Assembly (NCBI GenBank): GCA_033442325.1
Contig: JAWQFM010000021.1
Span: 680,939 to 744,938 of the forward strand
Source: Salpingoeca rosetta
Taxonomy: Eukaryota; Protista; Choanoflagellata
Direction of reading: 5' to 3'
Length of the DNA: 64,000 nt
The notes beneath the pieces are model-generated. The model was not told the origin of the DNA and made no database searches. It saw only the letters and a program-made list of their open reading frames with translations. Each line of letters begins with the position of its first letter. Position 1 is the first letter of the stretch. The position numbers were made by a program, and so were the translations under genes. This document shows, piece by piece, positions 54,483-64,000 of the stretch.

Positions 54483-57400
54483 ACTCACTGATACGCTGGC
54501 AGTGCGACACACTGGCTTACACTTTCAAGAGCCGAACAGAAGCGGAGGTGTTTTGCGACTGTTTCGGGTGTTGCAGAGCACCCCTCAATCACCCTCAGCG
54601 AATACTGAGGCGGCGTGATGGGAACTTGGCTCCACACTGCGAGGGTGTGAATGAGCAGGTGTCGTGCGCAAATGAGCAACTTGTTTGCATGCAGGCATAA
54701 GACGTCATGCGGTGATTGACGACCAATCCCACAACAGGTTCAGTCATGTCATGCGTTTTCAGATTGAAGAAAACCATCGTTGGTGCGACACGTAACACAA
54801 TGGTATCGAGCAACACAGGTCTACCAGTCTGTGCGCACTCACCGAGAAGGCTGTTCTCCTTGCTTGAAGGGATGAAGATTTCCGAGGGGCAGTACCAGGC
54901 CGCGCAATCGTATGGCAGCAGCGCCTGCAGCTGCGGATCTTGAGGGACGTCGGGATACAGGAAGGGGATGGAGGCGAGGGCGGTGGAGAGGGTGGGGTCC
55001 CGCTCAAACGTCGAGCCGTGTAGACTGACGAAGCGGAGAATGGCATCTGTCATGCGTTGGCTCTTTTCCTCGGCAGCCATGCGGGCAGCAGCAACGATCA
55101 CATTTGGCGTCACCGTCGTCACCAGCCCCGCGCGTTCCGCAAACGGAACAAACCACCGCCTTCCCGCAACCTTCTCCACATCCACCACGCGCTGAGGAAA
55201 CAGGTCGTAGAAGAATGACACCGACGCATACGCGTCCGTGGGCGCCACCACCTCGCCTGATCGCACGGGCACAAACGGGATGGTGCGGAGAGCAGCAAGC
55301 ACGCCCTCGTCCTCAAGCAGGCGCGGGTTGTTGCTGATCTCGTGCATGACGCGCAGTCGCTCTTCAAGCGTCAGGCGCGGCAGCGCGGGAAACACATACG
55401 TGGTGTAGTACTCGCCCTCCTCCAGCGGGCGAATGCCAAGCCGCTCGTACAGCCGAGGGCACACGCCTGCCTTGGACTTGAGAAGCTGCGCATCGCCGAG
55501 GAACGCCGTCCACGCACGCGCCGGCAGCTCGCGTGGTGCCGTCAGGTGCGCAATGGAGATGAAGCGTGTGCTGCCGTTGTCCTCTGCATCATCATCATCC
55601 TCGCCATAGCCGTTGTTGTGGTCCGCGGAAGCTGCCAGTGTGCTGCCCCGCAAGCTCGACGAATCCGCGCTGTCGCGGTGACGGCTGGTGGAGGGCTGTG
55701 TATCACCTGCTCGCCTGCTGCCACCGGGGACAGGAGGGAGGCGTCTGTTGCGGCGGCCGGGCGCGAGTTGGTCGCGTGAGCGGCGCAGCTGTGCACCATG
55801 GGCTGACAATGACGAAGACGAGGATGACGACGAGGACCGGACGGAAGCGTCGGTCCCATTCGCGGTGCTGGGCCCGCCGTGTTGTTGCACATCGGTGGCT
55901 GTTTGCACCTCATCCACCTCGAAGAACGGCAGCGTCTTGAGCGCGCTCAAGTCCTCCTCTGTGAGGTCATCTGCGCCTTGCTCGCAGTAGCGAAGTATGC
56001 ACGCCACATCCCTCGCACGCGGCTGTGAGAACGGGACAGCGGCAGCACCATCTTCACCTTCGACCACCGCGTGGACGGCACCTTGCTGCTGCTGCTGCTC
56101 TTGATACAGATGTGCGAGGATGGTGATGAGTGCCGACGGGCTGAGTGTCGGGAACGGAAGCTTGAGCACGTGCGTGTCCATGACGTCCTCCAACAGGAAA
56201 CGCACGCCAAAGGTGGAGGCAATGGCACACAGGTGCGACATGGAATCCGAGAGAGCAATGTCGTCGCCCTCAGCGCTGCGCGGAAAGCGAAGTACACACG
56301 TGCGTGCAACGCGCACGGTTGCTAGATATTCTGGCGGTGCCACGAATGACGACTCGTGACTGTCACCGAGCAGCGCAGCGGCCGGCTCGCCGTTGTGCTT
56401 GTGTGCGCATGCAGGCACAACAGGGATGTCCTGTGCACAATACGTTTGCGTGTGCGCGTGTGTGTTTTGTGCGTACGAGGGTGTTGTGCGTGTTGTGTGT
56501 GTGAGTGTGTGTGTGTGTTTGTTTGTGTGGCGAGAACAACGTTGGCAGCTTCATATGGCATGAAGGAGCGCATGCAAACGTACGACCATCAACACGCATA
56601 CCGAAGCACACAACTCAGGCGCGCACATATCCAAGCACACAACTCACGCGCACACACACACACACACACAAAAAAATGACGCGCGACACTCATACACACC
56701 TTGAATGTGTTGAGCACGGTGGCCGGTTCAATGTCCTGTTGCACCATCACAGCAAGCACCGCGTAGAATGCCTCCACCCACTCGCGTGACGGCGCAACAA
56801 ACCGCGACGTGTCTACACTGGACTCCAACTGCGATGATGTGACAATGACACGACGGCGTGTGACAATGACATGAGTGTGTCGGTGGTGATGTTTGCATTA
56901 GAATGCATGTGCGTGGGCAACGAGAAATGGCCACCTGTCCAACATCAGTGAACAAGACAACAGGGCCAGAGTTGCCAGAGGGTCTCACGTCACTCGTCCA
57001 TTCGATTGGAGCTGTGTTGCAGACGAGATGTGGCGGAAGGGAGCTGCTGATGAGGGTGTGCAGCGTTCCGGCACTCAACTTGCTCACAGCCAACTCTTGC
57101 CTTGTTGTTGATATGCACGGAAGCGAACGTGAGCGTGGACGAGCGTGATTGTGTGTGCGTGTGTGTGTGTGAATGCTTGTGTGTGAATGATTGTGTGAAT
57201 GATTGTGTGAATGATTGTGTATGTGTATGTGTGTATGTATGTGTGTATGCACAAAGGTGCGTGCGGGTGGTGTATGAGTGTGCGCATGGGTGTGAACGTG
57301 TGGTGGATACACATGCGCCAGTCCAAACGCTGTTCACAACGCACAGGGTGTTGTCATCTGCTGCGTGAAGGAGGACGTTTGTGATGGCGGGGTGTGCAAC

Positions 57401-59176
57401 AATCGTGCGCGCAACTGGCCCAAGCAGGCGATCCACATGCGGAGATGCAGACAGCAGGGCGTTTCCGTGCTCGGGATGGCACGCGACACCAAACTCCGCC
57501 AGCGTGCCATCGGCCTATGCGCGCAGACAACGACCGACACAAAATCGTGAGAACAGCCGTGAATGCATGTGGTCGGCTCATGTGGTCAACGAGTATTCCC
57601 ATCATGCTCAAACAGCGTCACAATAAACCCACAAACGCACAAACGCACAAACGCACAAACGCACAAACGCACAAACTCACAACCAACCAGCCAACCAACC
57701 AACCAACCAACCAACCAACCAACCAATAAGCAAAACAACCCAGTCAACGAAACAAACCATGGCCAGGAGCGGGGTGCCGACAAGACAGTGAGGTCGCCGA
57801 TGATTTGTTCGCTCGCTCAAGCAGTAGCGCACAATTGCAGCAATGCTCCTGCAGCAAAGTGCAGACGCAATCATGCAATGATCACCAGTGTGTGCATGTG
57901 CGCGCGCGTGTGGCGTGTTGTGCAGTACAAGCGTCAAAGATGGTGCGTTTCGACAATATGATTGACACGAGTTGATTAGTTGACCACACGAACACATCCG
58001 TAAGCGAACAACAACGCCAAGACAACAGTGTGTAACAACAAGCAAGCATTTCTCTGCATCTGCAAGAAAACGCACTCTGCGTTGTGTAGACTGGGCACGG
58101 GGGTGCTGTGCAGCGGTGTGCGGCGCTGAGGCAGGGCCACGCCGCGATAGAAGGCTGCAACGCTTGCTGGTGTGGTGGCGGTTGTGTCCAGCTTCGCCTT
58201 GCGAAAGTGCTCGCGAACAAAACCCGGCTGCACACGAGGAAAACCATCAACGGGTGAGAGAGGGGTGACACTTGTGCGGCGGGAGAGCCCACGCAACACA
58301 CGCTCTGGGAGCAAGGTGTGTCCAAACACGGCATGTGATGCACTTCAAATACACACCACACACGCACACTCTGGCTGTATACATTCACGCACGCACACAC
58401 GCACGCACGCACGCAAACAAGCATAACAAAAGTCACAACCACAGCAGCAGCTACAGCAGACTCACGGTGGAGGTGAGCGGAAAGCCATCTGCAGCGAGTG
58501 CGTGCACAACATTGCCAACGCAACGCAACTGGCGAATGATCACGCGTGCAATCATCCGAAACCGTTGCAGTGGCGGCAAACTTGTCGCTTCTGACAACGG
58601 TTCATGCATGCACACGCGCACAGACGCACAACAAAAAATGTGTGAAAAGGACAATCGCATCACGACAACAAGTGCATTCAGAAGTTGAAAGCGAACCGCA
58701 CCACACAACATCCAGCGTATTTGTGGATGAGCGATCCCGCAAAGCCCACGCGCAGCTTTGGGTCACTGGCTCACACACTGTGCGCACATGTCAGCCCATC
58801 ACAGATCACAGGACACCACGAGCATCTTACCTTCGAGCGAACGTGGTCGTCCGTCGAGGTGGTGGCCGTTGTTGACGACACCAGCGAGGAGCATGAGATG
58901 GGACCATCGCCGCCACGCAACACCCCGCCTGTCCCCGTTGAGATGAAGAAGATGGCTCGATGTGATGTCGTCAAACTCCACCTCGCTCGCCTGCTTCCAC
59001 TGCTGCTGCTGCTGCTGCTGTGGTGGTGGTGGTTGTTGGTGGTGGTGTGCGGCGGCGCTGTGGGTGACAATGGAGAGCGTGTTGGAGGCGTACAGATGGA
59101 TGGGATGGTGAGTTGCGTGAGTGCATGGAGGACAAAGAATACCCAAATACAAACAACGCACAGAAGGGGCATGCAC

Positions 59177-59211
<35 letters not shown>

Positions 59212-61250
59212 CACAGCACGACACAGCACACCACAACACAGCACACCACAACACACACACACACACACATTGGCACGTACGGGTGCTGGGACAACGGCGA
59301 GCGCATGAGCATGCAGGAGGCGTTCTTGTGCATGTGTTTGTAAAAGGGACTGAGAACAAGTGACCACGGCTCCGCCAAAGGAGTGCTGTCGCTGCCTGGC
59401 CAGAGGGCGTAGTATGTGGCAGCGCTGAGCCCAAGCTCGCGCAGCTCAAGCAAGAGTTCTGCCCAGAGGTGGGCAAGCGTGTCCTGGATAAGCACGCGGT
59501 TGAAGTCGCTCATGCGCTTGTGTGACGCCGCCTGTGACGTCTGCAGTGCCTGCCGGTTGTCCATGAGACACCACCGAGCGTTGACGTGGACGGGGTAGCC
59601 CGTGCTCACCTCCGTAGGCAGGGTTGCAAAGGCTCGGCCTTGAAGCGGCAGCGGCGTTGTGTGCGCGTGTGCGCGTGCGCATGAGGAATGCGTGGGATCT
59701 GTGGGATCGTGGGTGCCGCTGGTGGTGTGGATGGTGGTGCTGATACGGGCGGCAACGCAGCCAATCGGCCACAGCGGTTTGTCTGTTGCTGACGTGGAGG
59801 CGTTGCAGCTGTAGCGGAAGGCCTTGTTCAGGCCGACGCCCTGGCGCAGCCACCATGATGTGGTGCACACGCGCTCCCCGTTCTCGTAGGTGTGAATGTT
59901 GTGCAAGATGCTTGAACGAGGCAATGTCTGCTTCGGCTTGTGAATGGACTTGAGAATGTCGGTTAGGGCGTGTGGGCATTCCTTCCACGGCTTTCCATGC
60001 TTCTGGGCCCATGCATCCAGCGATGTCTGCGTTGCACGGCGGACATGGAGGGTGAGTTTTCGCTTGTGCGAAAAGCATAACTGTGTGCAGTCTTGAGGTG
60101 TTTGTGGAAAAATGAAACCACACATAAGCACACATGCACACATACGTACACAAACATAGGCATGTACACACACGTACACACTCAAACACACATACACACA
60201 CATACACACATACACGCACACACACGCACAAGCACGCACACAAGAGCGTGCATCAGTCATCAGTGCGCTTGCGCCCGTACCCGAAGCCACGTTGCAAGCT
60301 CTGCGCGCTTTTCGAGGTTTGCGCCCGTCGTTTCAACCTTGAACACACAGCTGCACGAAATCCGCCAAACACACAATGTTAGTTGTCTCGTCAAAACACT
60401 GCAAACACGTTTGCAATTGTGTGTGTGTATGTGTGGATGAGTGTTGTCGTGTCTGTTGAAGCAGTGTGCGAAAAACAGCAGGAACAAAGTGCATGTGAAT
60501 ACATGCATGGCACTGACGAGGGCTGCGAAGCTGAAGGGTCCCAAATCCACAGCTCAATGCACTCGACATGATGCAAGAAGAGCAACAGCTCGGCTGCCTG
60601 ATTCATTGGATCATGACGCAGACGGCATAACCAGTCAGTCGGTGTGAGGGGCTCGGTGTCCGGCAATGATCGTCTGTTCAACTACGCGGTGCAGTGCTCA
60701 CACACAAACAAACAAACATACATACAAACATACATACATACATACATACATACATACATACATACATACATACATACATACATACATACATACATACATA
60801 CATACATACATACATACATACATACATACATACATACATACATACATACATACATACATACATACACTCACCTCCTTTTTGAACTCGGTGAAGAGGTGCA
60901 ACACGTCATCGACGGTGTATGGGTTTCCCGGTCGCAACTCGCTCGTCTCGGCCTGGTCCTCTGTGCGAAGGGGAAATCGGAACAGCGTTCCGTTGAACCT
61001 GCCCGCATCACCGTCAAGATTGCACCCAAACTCCGGAACATTGAATGGTGCAAGCTGGTCCGATATGGCGCCACGATCCTCCGTCGGCAAGTGGACTTGA
61101 AGCCCGGGCTCATGCGCTGCCACCCAAGCATGCAGTTTTGTGTGTGTGTGTGTTTATGTGTGTATGTGTATGTGTGTATTTGTGTGTGTTTATGTGTGTA
61201 GGTGTATGTGCATACGTGTGTGTCTGTGTCTGTGTGTCTGTGTGTCTGTG

Positions 61251-61293
<43 letters not shown>

Positions 61294-62491
61294 CTGTCTG
61301 TCTGTCTGTATCTGTGTTTGTGTGTCTGTGTACACATGTGGGTGTGGGTGTGGGTGTTTATAGTGCGTTGCAGGGATGACGAAAGGGTATGTGGCGCACA
61401 TTGACCTCACCTCTGGAGAGGCCTGGGAGGAACTTGTACTGTGGATCAAGCATGACCTGTGAACACAACAAGATACAACACATGCGTCATCCTGTCAGCA
61501 ATGCTCGTGACACACTCGCACGCACAAGTGTAAACGCAAGCACCCGCACATACACACAGGCACACACACACACACACACATAAGTAGCGCATAGTATGGC
61601 TTACCAAGTGCTCGCCCGAAACAAAGAGTGGGGCCTCTGTGAGGTGATACACCTGTCAACGAGTTGATGTTGTTTGATGTGACATGTTACACGCTGAAAC
61701 ATTGACACTTGTTGCGTGCGTAATGCTGGCAAGAGAGCATGCACAATGTGTCATGACAAGCTGATCACGGCCACGGTGTTCGTGCCATAGCATACCGAGT
61801 TGAAGCCGAGGCCAAACTTGCCCGTCTTGGTGGGATCAAAGCGCTTGCCACCCCGTCCAAACGCTCGCAGGCCGTCAAAGTCATCTGCTTTGAAGACGGC
61901 GGAATCAAACGCCTGGGTATGATTGCGCCAGGGTCAAGCAATCACAACACAGGCACATTGGATCAGCACATACCGCACGCGCATCACATACACGTAAGCG
62001 CATCACGTACTAGCACACACTCACACACTCAAACATTCACACACACACTCACACATCTCACGCACGCCCACGCACATCATGCATACACACACTCACACAT
62101 CTCACGCACAACACCCACACACTCACACACCAGCAACGCGGGTCCTTGTAGGTCGTCCAGGCGATTGTGGGATCCGTCATGCTTCAGGAGCTTCTCGGTG
62201 CCGTGTGACCTGGCATCCAGCATGAATCCAACACGACGTGCGCCAGCATCGTCCGCCTGCGAATCACCAGCACCCATTCACCGGGCAGCAACATCAACCA
62301 CTGTGTACAGCATCCCAAGCAGTCACACAGCAGCAGGTATCCACTTGCAAAGGACACCAAGACACAGCACGCACGTTCTGTGTCAGCTCTGCCAACGTTT
62401 GGTGGTCGGCATAGGCGTCCAGGTTTCGCGCAATCTCGTTGGCGATGGTCGTGTATTGACCAAAGAATCGTCGGCTACCTCCGTCGTCCAT
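48990..62491 (-). CDS. Sacsin-like protein (N-terminal sacsin-repeat GHKL/Hsp90-like ATPase region), many exons
   Basis: Start MDDGGSRRFFGQYTTIANEIARNLDAY...ELTQN/ADDAGARRVGFMLD...LQGPALL/AFDSAVF..DDF...KTGKFGLGFNS/VYHLTEAPLFVSG/VMLDP; GTLFRFPLRT; LLLFLHHVECIEL; GRAFATLPTEVSTGYPVHVNARWCLMDNRQ. Last exon ends ...ERCLRHVVF* at 48990. Internal exon structure only partly resolved. Confidence 0.85.
54398..54479. repeat. (CT)n microsatellite in an intron
   Basis: Long ctct run. Confidence 0.9.
60715..60865. repeat. (CATA)n microsatellite in an intron
   Basis: Near-perfect tandem cata run. Confidence 0.95.
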
Positions 62492-62502
62492 CGTTGTGGT
62501 GG

Positions 62503-62592
62503 GGTGTGGTGTGGTGTGGTGTGGTGTGGTGTGGTGTGGTGTGGTGTGGTGTGGTGTGGTGTGGTGTGGTGTGGTGTGGTGTGGTGTGGTGT
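62503..62592. repeat. (GTGTG/TGTGG)n pentamer microsatellite just upstream of the sacsin-like start codon
   Basis: Tandem gtgtg-gtgtg run. Confidence 0.93.
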
Positions 62593-63374
62593 GTATGTGT
62601 GTCTGTGTGTCTGTGTGTCGCAAGTGGGCGCTGTAGCTCTAGCTCTTGTCTCGCGTCGACACAACCGCAGGACACACCAAATCAACAGAGGGTGTGTGAC
62701 TGTGAAGTGTGTCCGTCGTCGTGTTGCGGTCGCGGGATTCGTGAGTCATCAGCAGTTCCGCCCATATTTTTTCGCTGACTCAGCAATCCAGACCCCTCAA
62801 GGATTGGGGTGCCAGTGACGTCACGAGTTGAGGTTGCGGTTCCCCGCGTTCAGATGACGACATCTTTTGCACAACCGCGAAAGAAATCGTCCTCTGCGCC
62901 CAAGCCCACAGTAACCTCACAGTCAAGCTCGCCCACCTTTGTTTTTGGTGCTTGTTTGTTTGTTTGTTTGTTTGTTTTTTGCGTGTTGTTGTTGTTGTTG
63001 TTGTTGTTGTTTGCTTGCTGGTTTGCGATCAAAGCCAAGCAAGCCATGCTCCAAGCAAGCAAGCAAGTTTGTGTGGCTTGTGTGCTTGTTGACACTGTTG
63101 TCACATCATTCCCAACACAACAACACAACACGCAAAACAAACAACATCCAACGAACCCAGTTGCTAGAGTTGCTGGTGATCAACCCTTCTTGTCTCCTCA
63201 CACTTGTCTCCACCTCCGTATCCGAAGACCTCGAAGACCCCTTCTATTCACACCCTCACTGGCAATTGCAATTGGAATCGCTCGAGCGAGCACCGCACTC
63301 GAGTGTGCACAAGGGGCATCGGTTGATTGCCCAAATAACCCATCATGGGTTTCCCCAAGTTGACAGGTGGGCGT

Positions 63375-63731
63375 ATGCCAGCTGTCATCTCCGCTGTTGT
63401 GGTTGTTGTAACATTGACAGTGACATCGCCAACCGCAGCGACAGCCGAAGGCACCGCAGCCTCTGCAGGCTTTGCAGCTGAACACGACCAAGCATGGACG
63501 GGATCGTCGTCCTATTCGATCACCCCCAGCCAGCTGTCGTTTGGCGACTTCTTCTCCGTCGACGCCGCGACATTCTTCTCCACCATCTACCAGCAGGACA
63601 CGTTTGTGGACAACACGGTTCGCCAGGCGCAGCTGCTGCCGGCGCTGGACCAGGTGGTTGCACCGCTCGGCGACGTCGATGCCCTCTGCCGCGCCTTTGA
63701 GAACCAAGACAAGCAGACTGGCGGCTTTCAC
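63375..63731 (+). CDS. First exon of a gene with an N-terminal hydrophobic (signal-like) segment; continues beyond the window; product uncertain
   Basis: MPAVISAVVVVVTLTVTSPTAATA...FFSVDAATFFSTIYQQDTF...GGFH, then a CAC|GTGAGT donor and a (GT)n intron. Confidence 0.6.
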
Positions 63732-63787
63732 GTGAGTGGATGTGTGGCTGTGGTTGTGTTCTTGTGGTTGGTTGTGGTTGTGGTTGT

Positions 63788-63822
<35 letters not shown>

Positions 63823-64000
63823 ATTGTTTGTGGTTGTGTGTGTGTGTGTGTGTTCTTTGTGTTTGTATTCTTTGTGCTTGTATTCTTTGCGGGTCTTGAG
63901 TACGTATGTGCCTGCTCTATCTCCTTCGTTCACTGTACACATCTCACAAACACCCCCTCTCCTTCCCCTCCCTCTCCCGTCGCACTCACTCCCCTCTCTG

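Noticed and set aside
63375-63731. Assignment of the last gene as a JmjC/cupin (RIOX-like) oxygenase
   Set aside because: Only a faint resemblance in FFSTIYQQ; the diagnostic motifs would lie outside the window.

Overview
Eukaryotic genomic DNA with many short introns filled with (CA/TG)n microsatellites, and with polyQ-rich proteins. This style points to a choanoflagellate such as Salpingoeca rosetta (inferred, not proven). Housekeeping genes reconstructed from splice sites: the 3' end of an LRRC57-like gene, RPS29 (4 exons, missed by the ORF track), VPS29, RIC1, a small uncharacterised gene, a sacsin-like gene and the first exon of a further gene. The centrepiece is a 30.5 kb intron-free hybrid PKS-NRPS (16905-47422, about 10,170 aa once three frame breaks are bridged). 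Its layout is: SxtA/AprA/CurA-type MT-GNAT-ACP starter module; KS-DH-ER-KR-ACP; KS-AT-KR-ACP; three AT-less KS-KR-ACP modules; then C-A-PCP. It has one intact AT for five PKS modules, a cysteine-type A-domain code and no thioesterase or reductase release domain. It sits head-to-head with an intron-free YbaK/ProXp-family aminoacyl deacylase gene. Together these look like an undescribed, probably horizontally acquired, natural-product system in a unicellular relative of animals.
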